The translations under genes and the position numbers were made by a program. A stretch of DNA of 64,000 bases from Vicugna vicugna (Eukaryota). Location of the stretch: positions 1,736,911 to 1,800,910 of the forward strand of contig MU058531.1 in assembly GCA_013265495.1 (NCBI GenBank), in the 5' to 3' direction. Below, in pieces: positions 1-13,947 of this stretch (positions are counted from its first letter, which is position 1; every line of letters starts with the position of its first letter). The notes under the pieces were generated by a model. It saw nothing but the letters and a program-made list of their open reading frames with translations, made no database searches and was not told where the DNA came from.

Positions 1-134
1 TTATATCCACCAATTTCTCCCTCTATCCATCAATATCTCTTTTTTTGGCAAACTTTTTTTAAAAAATTTGCTAATTACTGTACACTTCTCCCTAAATTCT
101 CTTAGTAGGATTCAGCTAGACATTAATATTTGTT

Positions 135-520
135 TTCAGGTTTTATTTGGATGTGAAATTTATGTGCAATGAAATGTACAAATCTTAAATGTACATTTAC
201 TGAACTTTGCCTAATGCATATACCTGTGCAACTAAAATCATGACAGTAGAGAACATTATCTTATAGCAAAGGCAGTGTCCCATCCAAGGCAGTCTCCACA
301 CCTAAAGGCAACAACCATTTTGATTTTTTCTAACATAGATTAGATGCAGCTGTTCTGGGCCTTCATGTCCATGGAATCATGCAATATATACTCTTTGGTG
401 TAAGACTTTTTCCACTCAGAATAATGTTTTGGAGATTAAGCCACGTATCAATAATTTGTTCCTTTTTATTGCTAAGAAATATTCTGTTGTGTGAATATAC
501 CATAGTGTCTTGATCCATAC
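135..520 (-). mobile_element. Old L1M (L1MB/MC-like) 3' end fragment
   Basis: Typical antisense L1M 3'UTR phrases (ATGGAATCATGCAATATATACTCTT; TTCCTTTTTATTGCT...ATATTC...ATATACCA). Confidence 0.65.
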
Positions 521-973
521 AGATTATATTTTACATGATAAATAAGGTAGAAGAATAAGCCAGTAGAAATAAGTATTTTAATGATAATTTAGTCTCTGGC
601 TTTGTTACTATTATCTTGGAGTTAGTCTCAACATTTCTACACCTCAGAGATCCATAAAAATACATGCATTAGACTTTCTTAGGCAATGTCTAGCTCTAAA
701 TGCAGTAAATCTGTGAATGCTGTAATGCTAATAAACACAACTGTTTTTCAACATCTTAACACTTTTAATCCAAAATTGGGTCTTCTGATGTCTGCCTTCA
801 TGAATTGGTGAATTTATACTTTGATTTGAGCAAAAATACTTGCATTGGCACTGGATAATAGGCTTCATAAAAGAATAGTTGAAATTTTAAATTGGTAACA
901 AGTGCTGAATACACAAATGGACAGTTTAAAATTTTGCACTGCAAGCTAATTTTAGCTTTTCTGCATTGTTAAG

Positions 974-1145
974 GTTAATGCTCTGGATAATCTCGGTCAG
1001 ACTTCTCTGCACAGAGCTGCACATTGTGGTCATCTGCAAACCTGCCGCCTACTCCTGAGTTATGGGTGTGATCCTAACATCATATCCCTTCAGGGCTTTA
1101 CTGCCTTACAGATGGGAAATGAAAATGTGCAGCAACTTCTTCAAG
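974..1145 (+). CDS. TNKS2: Tankyrase-2 internal exon (exon 12 by human numbering), ankyrin repeat
   Basis: AG|GTTAATGCT... encodes [57 protein letters not shown]; donor G|GTATTG; 172 bp. Confidence 0.95.
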
Positions 1146-1264
1146 GTATTGAATGCTTCCATGAAATTATTATTTTTTTTAAATTAACCTTTATTTATTT
1201 ATTTTTTACATATCATGTAAGAGTTGGTAGTAAAAAAAAGTTTTTTTAGATTTGTTGGCTGTTT

Positions 1265-1436
1265 CTTTTTCTAAAATTCTTACTTTTTATTGAAGTGTGG
1301 TCGATGACTGTTATTTTCAGGTGTACAACTAAGTGATTCAGTTATATGTATACATACATATATTTAGATTCTTTTCCATTACAGCTCATTACAAGAAATT
1401 AGATATAGTTGCTGTGCTGTACAGTAGGTCCTTGTA
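1265..1436 (-). mobile_element. Cetartiodactyl-type L1 3' end fragment
   Basis: TTTATTGAAGT...TTCAGGTGTACA...AAGTGATTCAGTTATA...TGTGCTGTACAGTAGGTCCTTGT; homologous to the copy at 52.1-52.4 kb. Confidence 0.75.
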
Positions 1437-1591
1437 AGCTGTTATTTCTTCTTACAGCTCATTGTACTCAATGCACAAATACTGTTAAACCTGATTATAG
1501 GTCAGGCCATCTTTCATTATCTACTTTATTTATGTTCCTTTATATTACTTAAATCTCATTTTATAATTCACATTTACGTACATTTCACATA

Positions 1592-1595
<4 letters not shown>

Positions 1596-1631
<36 letters not shown>
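1596..1631 (+). repeat. (GT)n microsatellite
   Basis: 18 perfect GT units. Confidence 0.95.
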
Positions 1632-1633
<2 letters not shown>

Positions 1634-1764
1634 GTAAAATGTTTCAAAAAGTTTTTATTGCTTTTCCCCTACTACCTTGGAGATTTCCTACATAATTACC
1701 ACCAAACTGTAAAAAGAGCTTTACTTTCAGATACGATGCCTCCCTTAAAGCTTCGCCCCCCTAG

Positions 1765-1983
<219 letters not shown>

Positions 1984-4439
1984 TAATATGAAAAATCAAG
2001 TTATTTATATGTGCATTGTTTTAAAAGGTAAATAATGCTAATCTAGTTCTGCTCTGCAAATAAGGATCATTAATGAAAGAAACTTTGATTTCACATCTCA
2101 ATAAATACATCATGTCACAAATTTAAATAAACTTCATGTTTATAGAAATGCATTTTGTTTAAAGAACCTATTCATTTGTCCCTTTAAAAGAATAACACAT
2201 ATCAAATAATTGTCCATTATTGTTTACATATGACACCTGAAACAGGAAGGGAAGAAAACTGAACAGTGTATCACTCTGTCTACACATTTCTTCTGGTTTC
2301 TTCATTTCTTTGCCCACTCTACCTTTGTGAGGATCCAGTGTTTATAGTAATAATAGACTGTCACCACTTTTCAGAGCCATTGTCTCCTAATAATGTTCAG
2401 TTTATCTCGACACTGAAATACTTTTTTTCTTTCTCAGAAGAGCCAACTAGCCCTTCTAGGACCCATCTCCTATAATGGTCAATCTTTCCTCAAACTTTGC
2501 TTTTACTATAGAATCATATGTAATGTCTTATTGCCTATACCAGATACTTCTATTACCTATAGAAACTGTGTATCTGAATAACTAACTCGGAAGACTAACA
2601 TTTTGGAAGAGCAAGACTACTTTTCAGTTCAACTAATATAAATTAAAATTAACTCAGCATGTTTCATGAATTAGATAATTCTTCAGTAATGCAATGATGT
2701 TATTTTTATTTCCAGAGCTAGTAAGGGAGAAAAGAGCCCTGTTGCGTCCTCTCTCCTCACCACACACAAACTTTTTCAAAGCAGTGCTGGTCCTATTTGA
2801 GGTGGCACTAATAGGAAATAAGTTTTATAAAAAGCTTAATTTACTGATTTGATTCGTGGCAGAGGTCACTATTTGAAACAGTTTCACTATATTTCTCTAT
2901 GGGGTTCTTAATCCTGAATAGACTAACCCCACAAAATCAATTTTAGATTTTCTGAGAACAAAATACAAATATTGGTCTCATCTAACCTTCAGCTCTGAGG
3001 AAATTTATTCACTGTCGTTTTAAATAAAGAGATTTCTCCAAGTTGATTTAAAAGTCTTTGTGATCCTTTCCTACTGCTTTATCTGTGTAGATAGTGCAGT
3101 CATTTCCAAATAACTTAAGATTTTATTTTTTTTAATAATTTAACTTTTCAAAGAAAAATGCTATTATGCAGTTTATTGTTTGACTTATTTTGTAGTTCAT
3201 TCTCATGCCCTTAATTAGGAGGTTAACATGATTTTGAAAGGGTGGATTTTGTTTCTCTTATTGACAAGTCATCTTCTACAAGTCATTATTTGTGGAAAAA
3301 CGAATCACTTGAGTTAAGGATAGTGAGCTGAGATTTTGTTTTTGTTTTTTTGAGGAATGATAAATTACGTTAGATGGGCAGATGGAGTTAGAGTCAACTA
3401 GCTGTTGGCAGGGAAGGGGGATTACTGATAAAAAATTGTAATGGTCATCCACTTACATATATTAAGGAACATAAAACTATATTCAGTACACTAATATTAA
3501 AGACCAGACTTTGTTTTAATAAAGATAGAAGAAGGCTAGAAGGAAGAAATAGATCAAGAGAAAAGATTGGGGGCAGCAATTGGACTTAGAGAATAAAATA
3601 ATGCCATTGGATTGAGGAAGACCTTCCCCTCTCCCTGTGATAGACATTAGGCTGCCTTTCCTCAACTCTGCTTTTAAAATCACTTAATGGAAATTTATCT
3701 CCATCAACTTTTCTATTCCTTGTATATCTCTAGACCAATGGCTTGGTATGAATTGCTAGGACAGTAACATCTGCACATTGCCCAGTGAGTACTTCATTTA
3801 TGTGCTCAGTAATGTTTGTTTAGTGGTGAGCTCTCAGGCTAGATACTTTCTTGGACACCTACTGTTAGTAAAGTTGTCTCAGTGGACAAAATTAAACTGA
3901 GAGCTAGGGAGTTAGAATGGCCATTGATAACGACCAAACCTAGCAGGACTTGACATACGGGTTAATTCCTCCTTCCTGGAGCCCGATTTCAGAGCCACAG
4001 AACACCATCTCTCAATGGTGGGACCCTGAATGTATATATCCAACAGGCTCTGGTTGGGAATGCACTAAAGAGTTCTATCAGACCTGTTATTAACCCCCTT
4101 GAGGTAAACCTACTGATAGCTGGCTCCTTTGGTTTATTAGGCTTAAGTTATGCCTGCTTGTAGGGTAGGGGAGTAAAAAAAAAAAAGGGAAAGTGTTTTT
4201 AGTAATATTCTTACCTAAAATATTCTTTTGATCTTTTTTTGAGCACCATGATTTATTATCTGTGTTGCTTTCCTTCCCCAAATGTTCACATACTCTTTGA
4301 GTATTTTGAGTGTTACTCTTACAAGCCTTTCTCAGCTAGACTTCCTCACCTGAACCAAAAAAGACAAAAAATTACTTTTCTTAATCCTCCCAAGGATTAT
4401 ATACAACCAATAGCATTCTATTAGTTAATTCATTCCATG

Positions 4440-4690
4440 TAGTACAATATAATTCTCTAAGTGTAATTCCTCAGGCCCCATCCCAAACATAACAAATTAG
4501 GAAATCTGGAGGTAGGACCCAGTGCACATGAAAATTTGAGAACCACTGTTCTAGAACAGTACTTTAATGTGTTTACAGGTTATGTAGAGATCCTGTCAGA
4601 ATGCAGATTCTGATTCAGTGGGTAAAAGTCTGAGAATCAGAGTTTTTAACAAGTTCCCAGGTGACGCCAGTGCTCCTATGATCCAGGGTA
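4440..4690. mobile_element. MER5-like (hAT-Charlie) MITE fragments
   Basis: TTTGAGAACCACTG; AATGCAGATTCTGATTCAGTGGG...TTTAACAAGTTCCCAGGTGA. Confidence 0.6.
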
Positions 4691-4998
4691 CCTATACATA
4701 TATTTACCACAAAATGGAAATTACAACTGCTGATAATTGGTACTTAAATGTTACCTTTATGTAAATTGTAGTAATGGTAATAACAAAATGGACCTACGAG
4801 CTTTAGCAAAAGAAGATGATTATAGATAAGAGGACCAGAGAGATTCCCAGTAAATGACAAGATGAAGTAAGAAAAATAAATAGCAAAGAGTTTCTGAGAA
4901 TACTGATAATGATGAGACATTGGAAATTTCTATTAGATAAATGAAAGCAAGAAGTTAGAATATGTAACATCATGTGTACACTGTGTTCCATCCTACAG

Positions 4999-5144
4999 AA
5001 ATTATGTACTGTTCAGAGTGTCAACTGCAGAGACATTGAAGGACGTCAGTCTACACCGCTCCACTTTGCGGCGGGCTATAACCGGGTGTCTGTGGTGGAA
5101 TACCTACTGCAACACGGAGCTGACGTGCACGCTAAAGATAAAGG
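4999..5144 (+). CDS. TNKS2: Tankyrase-2 exon 14 (GC donor)
   Basis: [48 protein letters not shown](G); frame into the next exon is kept only with donor GG|GCAAGT. Confidence 0.93.
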
Positions 5145-5678
5145 GCAAGTACCAGCACTCACCGGGGCCTCTCTGTTCCTTCATCTGACCTTTGTAGGAA
5201 AATCTGAAAATATTTTTAAGATAGTTGGTAGCTCTTTTATTTTCAGAGAAGTCTGTTTGCTAACATTGGCTTAAATATAGCTTCTTAATTTCAGTCAAGA
5301 CTTTATGATTAGCGTTTATGTAAAAAGCTGCATAATGCCTTTTTATTATTCTGTAATGACCAAGGAGATTACAGCATTAGTGTGATACTGATTTTTAATG
5401 TAAATTTTTTAGTTTGCATTGAGGACACTTGAATTATTCCAGTTTATCTTAAAATTATTTTTCTTTAAAAATATATATTTCTCAGTTCTGGATATTGAAT
5501 ATATAGATGTTTGTTACATTCTCTGCAATTTTAAATATTTTTGAAATTTCCTCCCTTCCTCCCCCTCACAAAGTAATTTCATTTCTGCTTTCAGATTTTA
5601 GGTTCTGTAAAATACAATCAGTAAAATCCCACATGCAGTTCAAGAAATTTAGCTGCTATATGTAATAATTTAAATTAA

Positions 5679-5939
<261 letters not shown>

Positions 5940-6390
5940 TGATATTTCTAACAACTAATATAAAGTTAAACTAGTAAGGAGGTAGGAAGCAAAGTTGTCT
6001 AATTCTGAACCTGGATTTCAGAATAGATGTCATGAACACTATAAGCCAGTTTTATTTAGCACTGATGAAATTGACATTACTGGTTTTTCTATACTGGTAC
6101 TGATATAGATACTTTACAGTAAAAACAAGAGTATAGTTACATTTATACTTTATACAAACATTGAAGTTTCATGAAAACTAAAAATAGCATATGTGAAAGG
6201 TAATTTTTAATGAGATACTACCTTATTTTGAAAGTTTAAATTTTTAACTATATTATTGCATTATAGAAGCCCAATATTTAACTGCCTCTATTTTTTAAGT
6301 TTTTGTATATTAATTAAGCATTAATAACAATCATGTTAATCTTTAAGGTATAGTCTCTTAGTATCATTAAATGTACTATTTTCTCATTGA

Positions 6391-6717
<327 letters not shown>

Positions 6718-7101
6718 TGAGTAAAATATTTCCTATGAGTAATCTTGAAAGATTAAAATCAAGTATCTTCTAATACTTCCATCATACTCTAGAGTATTTG
6801 TATAGGGCAACTATACTTCACATCCACTTTAGTACCAGCATGTTATATTCAGTAAGAACAATTGAAATGGGCTCTGTCAGTCACCATGTGCTTTGGAACC
6901 TTTATTCCAGGTCATACTGTGTGAATCATCTATGATGTGTGTGTTTTGACTACAGAAATTTCAAAAATATGCCTGTTGAGCCATCCTTCCTCGTGGGAAG
7001 CTAAAGCTTTCCATTCTTCTGATGATAGCTGTTAAGCACAAGCAGAAAACAATCTTTAGAGTCTTTCAGGAGTTACATAAACCTCTTGCTCAAGTTATTC
7101 A

Positions 7102-7470
7102 TTGTGTTAGTTTGTTAGGCCTGCCTTGATTTACCACAGGCTAAGGGGCTTAAACAACAGAAATGTATTTTCTCACACTTCTGGAGATGTTGGCAGGACT
7201 GGTTACTTCTGAGGCCTCGCTCCTTGGCTTGCAGATGACCACCTTCTCTGTGTCCTCACGTGTCCCTTTCTCTGTGTATATCCCTGGTGTGTCTATGTTC
7301 TAATCTTCGCTTATACGGAGAACAGTCAGATTCACTTAGGGCTAACCCTAACAACTTCATTTTAACTTAATTACCTCTTTAAAGGCCTTATCTCCAAATA
7401 CAGTCACTTTCTAAGATACTAGTGGTTAGGGCTCAACATAGGAAACTTGGGGACTACAATTCAGTACGTG
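7102..7470 (-). mobile_element. MLT1 (MaLR) solo LTR
   Basis: GGCTTAAACAACAGAAATGTATTTTCTCACA...TTAATTACCTCTTTAAAGGCCTTATCTCCAAATACAGTCAC. Confidence 0.8.
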
Positions 7471-9037
7471 GCATTTGTTCTAAGATTCCATTCATGAAAG
7501 TGGCACAGTATATCTTTTTCAGCTGCATTAAAGATGCTAAGGAATGGGCCATTAAAACACTGAAATACAGCTAATACTTCAGTGGAGCTGCATCATAGGC
7601 ACATTTGATTCATACAAGTTTATCTGAATACATGTGGTTTAAAAAGAGAAAAAAGGAATGCAGGTGTTTCTGCCACTTTGTGTAATGTGGGAGATGAAAG
7701 TCCACACTCTTCTCTCAGTTCCTTTTGGTCTTACAGTGTGAGCAGCTATGTTCCTAGTTTTTAAGAGATAATTTTAGTATATGTGGTTTTTACCTTTAAA
7801 TTATGACCCCATGTAAGTTAGGACCCCACTGTCAGTGGAAAAGAATTACTCCATCTGTGTGTCTTTTAGACACATTTTGAAGTGGTAAGCCACAAATGCT
7901 AACAAGGTGAGAAAAAGCTCTCCTCCTTCTCCTGGCAATCAGGAGTTTCTAGTCCCTGTAAGACAAGATGTAGCCTGACCTCTGATTTGAATTGTGCTGT
8001 GCATATTTGTTTATATAAGCTTTTTGTATTTTAATGATAGCTTATCTAGAACATTTAACATTATTATTTGTCTGTGTTGTACTTGTAAGTGGCAAATATG
8101 TTGTATACACAAAATATTTCTCCTCGTTTATGTGGTATTACACCTCGAGACCTGGAAGGACTTTTGAATTTGGTGTAGTACTTAGTTTATGTTAGTTTCG
8201 TAGTTTTGTTTTTCTTTACTTGACCTTACTAAAGTTTTTTTGCTTTAGATCATTCAGCAAAAGGCTAAAAAACTACAGTGAAAATGAATGTGAAAAAAGT
8301 ATTTTGAACTATTTTAAAGTTTCAGGTGATAACCTGGTTTTACATTGGCAAAGTTAAGTTCCAGATTTACTTTCAAACTATGGTTGTCAAACAAAATATA
8401 CTTACTTTACCATGAGCATGTACTAAGATAGCTGAGTTCTCAGGGTGACAGCTGGGGAGTTATGGTACATTTATAAAATGCTAAGTTTTACTTCATGGCT
8501 TTAGCAGCAATTGGTTCTGCTGCCAGACTTGTAGAGTTGTGTACCTCTACATTCTCTCTAGCAAAAAGCATGTCTTCGTGGCCTTCTGGGGATATGAGGC
8601 CCTGAGACCCACACTGGTGTGTTTTCTGCTCTGCCAGCCACTTGTGTTCCTAACTTGGCTTTTATATAGATTGGATGCCTTTTGCTTGCAGCTTTGAGAC
8701 CATGTATCTGAGTTCAAGAAACTGTGTATACAACAACCATGAAGGCAGGGACTTTGGTGGGAAAGTTTTAAGAGGAAAGATTTAAGTAAATCAATCAGTA
8801 TAACTTCAGAGTCTCTAAAACAAGTGGGTATCATTACTGAAAGCTTCCAACCTGAGGCCAGTGGGCAATTTTTTCCCATAAGATAAATCTTTAATAGACT
8901 CCTTTGGAGAATTTCAGATTTATATAAAATCTCTTATTTTTAAAATCATGTCTGTTCTTTATATATAGATATATACATATGTGTAGCTATTTTTTATATG
9001 AAAAAGTGAAAGTAATTTTACTTCTTTTCTTAACCAG

Positions 9038-9147
9038 CTGGTTATAATAATTTAGAAGTTGCAGAGTATCTGCTGCAACATGGAGCTGATGTGAATGCTC
9101 AAGACAAAGGAGGACTTATTCCTTTACACAATGCAGCATCTTATGGG
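9038..9147 (+). CDS. TNKS2: Tankyrase-2 exon 17
   Basis: (A)[39 protein letters not shown] / GTAAGT. Confidence 0.96.
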
Positions 9148-9822
9148 GTAAGTTCTTCCATGTTACCTTTAAAAATCTCTGAAATTTTCAAAGTGAGAAT
9201 CACTATTGAAATTCAAAGAGAATTTAGTTTGACTTTCTCATTTTACAGAGAAGTAAATTTGAGAACCAAAGAGGTTACTTCAGATTTTCAAATCTAAATC
9301 TGTTGTAGCTTGTTGTGCAACATGCAGCACATTTTGTCTTTCCTTGTACATATCTTTTATTTTTTGTGAGATGTTGATGATTTTATTTGTTTGAATCCCA
9401 GAAAACCCACTGGGATTCATACGAATTGGTAAAGATCAGATGCATTGTTCTTGACTTACAATATCCTTGAATAGTAACATCAGTACTGACCATCTTCAGT
9501 TGAGTAATTGAGGACGATTGCTGGTTTATAAATTGATGTTTAGCAGTTATAACACTTAAATAAATGAGAAACTGTTTAGCATTTTAGTTTTAGTTCCCTC
9601 CTGTGTAGAATTCTTAACTATTTTCTAGTTTCTCAAATTATTAAAACATCAACTGTAATTTTTAATCAACCACCCACAAATTGTGATGGTGGGAAGAAAG
9701 TTTTTCATTTCTAGAGTAAATTTAAAACTATGGAAAAAGAGGTATATAGCTATTTTCTTTTTAAGAACTAAAGTGTGATGAAGTAATATTTCAGACTGTA
9801 ACAGGAGTTTTTTCTTTCACAG

Positions 9823-10011
9823 CACGTAGATGTAGCAGCTTTGCTAATAAAGTATAATGCATGTGTCAATGCTACGGACAAATGGGCTTTCACTCCTTTG
9901 CACGAAGCAGCCCAAAAGGGACGGACACAGCTTTGTGCTTTATTGTTGGCCCATGGAGCTGATCCTACTCTTAAAAATCAGGAAGGACAAACACCTTTAG
10001 ATTTAGTTTCA
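9823..10011 (+). CDS. TNKS2: Tankyrase-2 exon 18 (last ankyrin repeats)
   Basis: [66 protein letters not shown] / GTAAGT. Confidence 0.96.
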
Positions 10012-10914
10012 GTAAGTGATGGGCTCTTTGAAAAATCTCACTGCTTTCTTTACTTTGTAAAATTCACTTGGTATATATAAAATGTCTTCATGGTGAATGT
10101 GGCAAAATCTGATTTTTAGCCCAATTTAAATTTAGGACCACTTAGGTAATATAAAAAGTAAATAGAATTATCAATCAGTTATTGTATGCTGAGTGCTTTA
10201 AAAATGGGAAAAAGAAGTATAAGGTATAGCTACTTACATTATTTGGGAAACGAAACAGGCAAGGCCTTCAATGAATGCTGTTACAGCACACAGAACAGAA
10301 GATGGTACAGGTCCATGGGCCTTATGAACTTACTGAGCTGGGAACATTACCCTCAGGGTGCAGCTACAAAGTCTTCTGCTGTAGAGATTTTCTTCCCTCC
10401 CAACACTGCCTCATCCCCAAAATGTTATTGCTTACCCCACCAAAACTATTCTCGGAACAAGTTTGTTCCTCCAGTTTTCCCTGGGAAGTCCTTTTTTCCT
10501 TCCTCTCTCAAGGAAACTCCTGTAGTTGTCTCCATTGTGGCCTCCTTCTCTCCACCTGTGACACAGGTGCCTCTCTTGCCTCTGCCACTAAGGACGGTGA
10601 CCCAGAGCAGTGGAGGGAAAGGGAGAAGAGGTTCTTCTCAAGGTGGGAAGGAAAAGGAGTCTGTCCTGCAGACTGCTTTCTACCGAGAGAGATTCCAGTG
10701 TTGCAGGTTACATTGAGAACCTGATTCAGTTCAGCTTCATTGAGAGTTGAATAGAATTTTCTTAGCAGGCTGACAACCCCACCATATTTGTAACATTTCT
10801 TCAGGGAAATGTCCTTCCAGTTCCAAACTAACTTAGAAGTGAAATTTTCTAATTTAATCTGCCCATATGTTAGTCCACTAGCTATAATTAAGTGGCATTG
10901 AAACAGTGCTCTAG

Positions 10915-11140
10915 AGAACATGCGTGGGCTTTAGAATCAAACAGACTTGCCTTAGAATTCCAGCTCTACCACTTATAATTGTACAGTCTTGCAAATTGCG
11001 TAACCTCTAAGCTTCAACTACCTAATCTATAAATGGGGATAAAAAAGATCTGGTTGATATGAGAATTAAATGAGGTGATGTACTTAAAGTCCTTGGCATG
11101 GTATCAGATACATAAATAGTGCCCAATAAATTATGCTAAT
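10915..11140 (+). mobile_element. MIR SINE
   Basis: GGGCTTTAGAATCAAACAGAC...AATTCCAGCTCTACCACTTA...ATCTATAAATGGGGATAA...GAGAATTAAATGAG core. Confidence 0.75.
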
Positions 11141-11294
11141 ATTATTTTAAAATGTTATATACCAACTGTGAGTGTCTAATTCTAGTTCATATCTGCTGGG
11201 TTTTTGTCATATTTTTAAATGTGTTCTATGGAGTTTAGCAGAATTTTAAAACTTGCTTACTGCAGGTTTTCTCTCTCTCTGACTTGTGCCGTAG

Positions 11295-11547
11295 GCAGAT
11301 GATGTCAGCGCTCTCCTGACAGCAGCCATGCCCCCTTCTGCTCTGCCTTCGTGTTATAAACCTCAAGTGCTCAATGGTGTGAGAAGCCCAGGACCCACCA
11401 CAGATGCTCTGTCTTCAGGTCCATCCAGCCCATCAAGCCTTTCTGCAGCCAGCAGTCTTGACAACTTATCTGCCAGTTTTTCTGAACTGTCCTCAGTTGT
11501 TAGTTCAAGTGGATCAGAGGGTGCATCCAGTTTGGAGAAAAAGGAAG
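11295..11547 (+). CDS. TNKS2: Tankyrase-2 exon 19 (Ser-rich linker)
   Basis: ADDVSALLTAAMPPSALPSCYKPQVLNGVRSPG...SSLEKKE; TAG / GTGAGA. Confidence 0.95.
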
Positions 11548-12380
11548 GTGAGACATTCAGCCAAAATAACTTAACGTAGCCACTTATTTGTCGTTTGGAT
11601 TGCTAAGGTCTTTTTTTTTTTTTTTGACCTTAACTACAACTGTTAGTATCAGATTAGTTAACATACCTTTTATTGTTTTCTTTACATTATTATTAGAATT
11701 CCTAATGAAACTTTCTCCAAGTTGAGACTTCATGAGTGTTCTGCTGCTAACCTACTTTTTAGATATAAATATGCTTTTTGGAAGGTATAGAAGTGCTTTT
11801 ACTTGAGTAATTATGCCTTTGTTTACCTCTTCCAGTGTATTATTACGGAATTATGAAATACTTTCAACCCTACATCAAAATACCTAATTTTGAATATCAC
11901 TTTAAAAAAGAAAAAGACACACATACCTACAGTCTATAGAACTGTTTTCTTTACCTTTTACCTGTCAAAATCCATCTCACTCTATGCAACATGTGGACCT
12001 TGTTTTCATAGTTTTTTTGTAAAGTAGTTTATATCCTCAAAGGTAGGGAAACTTTTTTTTTCAATTAGATATAATTGACAGAACTGTATTAGTTTAAGCT
12101 GAATGGGAACTTATTTTAAAGATACAGTTAAAAATAAAATTAAAAAAAAAGATTTCTTTGTAACATGAGAGTGCCCCATTGTTTAACCCTTTCTTCTAAT
12201 GATGTGGAAATTTTATAGCTTTCTCTTTACAATTTTTAATGTTATACTTAATATTGTAACCCAATGGCTATTAATATTTTGCTTCATCTTTACAATCTTC
12301 ATGCACATAGCAATATCATAAAACTTTGCTATTGTAATGTTGATGTACATTATTCTGACATGAAATTTTATATGTTCTGA

Positions 12381-12488
<108 letters not shown>

Positions 12489-13497
12489 TGAATTGTTTTG
12501 CTTGGTTTGATATTTTTTAGAACCTCAAGGGAATAAGTGGGACATGCTTGAAATACTCTGACCATTCAACCTGTTGTCAGGTGAGAAGGATTTTTTTTGA
12601 GATTGGAAATCAATCTCTCTTCTGATTTGGTTTAATCTTGGAGTATCCGTTCAGTTTATTAGCACATAAAAATTGATTCTCATATAGTAACAGTAAAATA
12701 GCTTTCTTGAATAAGTTTAGCCTATCCAGTTCTTAAAAGTAAGTTAACCTTGAACTCAGCTTGTTCAGTTCTATTGTGTCAATCACGACCCATTCTAAGC
12801 CTGACACTTCTCCAGCCATTATGGAGAGGTATACACCAACTATATATCTGAGCTTTTCTAGACCAGTCCGAATTTAAAGCGTTCTGTCAGAATATAGTTA
12901 CTGATATTTTGAGTTCAGAAAATATAATTACTCTAGACTTTTACCCCTAAGAAACTTTGGGTCTAGTTATGGAGATACGATAGGAACATGTGAAGAGTTA
13001 AGTTTTTGGCATAGACAGTAAAAATTCAAAGAAAGGAAGGGTTACTACAAGGTGGACTATTCAGGGAAAGCTTCATGGAAGACTTGTAAATAAAACAGAT
13101 TTTTTAAAAGTGTCTTCAGTTTCACACAGTGGGAATAATATATTTGGGGACGTAAAAGGGTTAGTTTGAACAATGATGCTGAAGTATCAGTCAGCATAGT
13201 CCAGAGTCTGTAGGAGCATTACATTAAGACGTACAAATAGGTTGAATGCAGAGTGATGGTGGAAGAGATAAAATAGTGTGCCTAAATGTGGTTAATTTGA
13301 GGATGCATTTTTGTCTTGCAGTTTAGTTTTTCTTGGGTCCTTATGCTAAATGAAAATAACGATATTTTTGGTAGTTCGTGACTCAGCTTTGTTTAATTAG
13401 CTGCAACTTTTCAGTTTCAGTTTAACAACTGATGTGCTTTTGTTTCTAATCTGTTCAAAATAATTTGCAATAAATGTATAGATCTAATACATTGTGA

Positions 13498-13692
<195 letters not shown>

Positions 13693-13812
13693 TAAATCAT
13701 TCCTGTCATCATTTTAACAGTTTGTATAAAGGCAGCCCTCAACTTACTAAATGATAATTTTAAAATCTGTAAGAGAGTCCACTTAATAAGAAGCACACTA
13801 ACTGGGGAGCCA

Positions 13813-13947
13813 TTTATTTATTTGTTTTTGTCTTGTGGGGAAGGTAGTTAGGTTTATTTGTTTATTTTTAAATGGAGGTACTGGGGATTGAACCCAGGAC
13901 ATTGTGCATTCTAAGCACATACTCTATCACTGAGCTATACCCTCCCC
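13813..13947 (-). mobile_element. tRNA-Ala-derived SINE (camelid vic-1-like)
   Basis: Reverse complement GGGGAGGGTATAGCTCAGTGATAGAG...GGGTTCAATCCCCAGTACCTCCA with A/B boxes and AT-rich tail. Confidence 0.85.

Noticed and set aside
9025..9037. U12-type branch site (TTTTCTTAAC) before exon 17
   Set aside because: The matching donor is GTAAGT (U2-type), not RTATCCTT, and the motif is too close to the AG
10186..10921. Three overlapping ORFs (176, 149, 137 aa) in TNKS2 intron 18
   Set aside because: No recognisable domain, no poly(A)/TSD, no convincing splice sites; treated as chance ORFs in a locally GC-richer stretch
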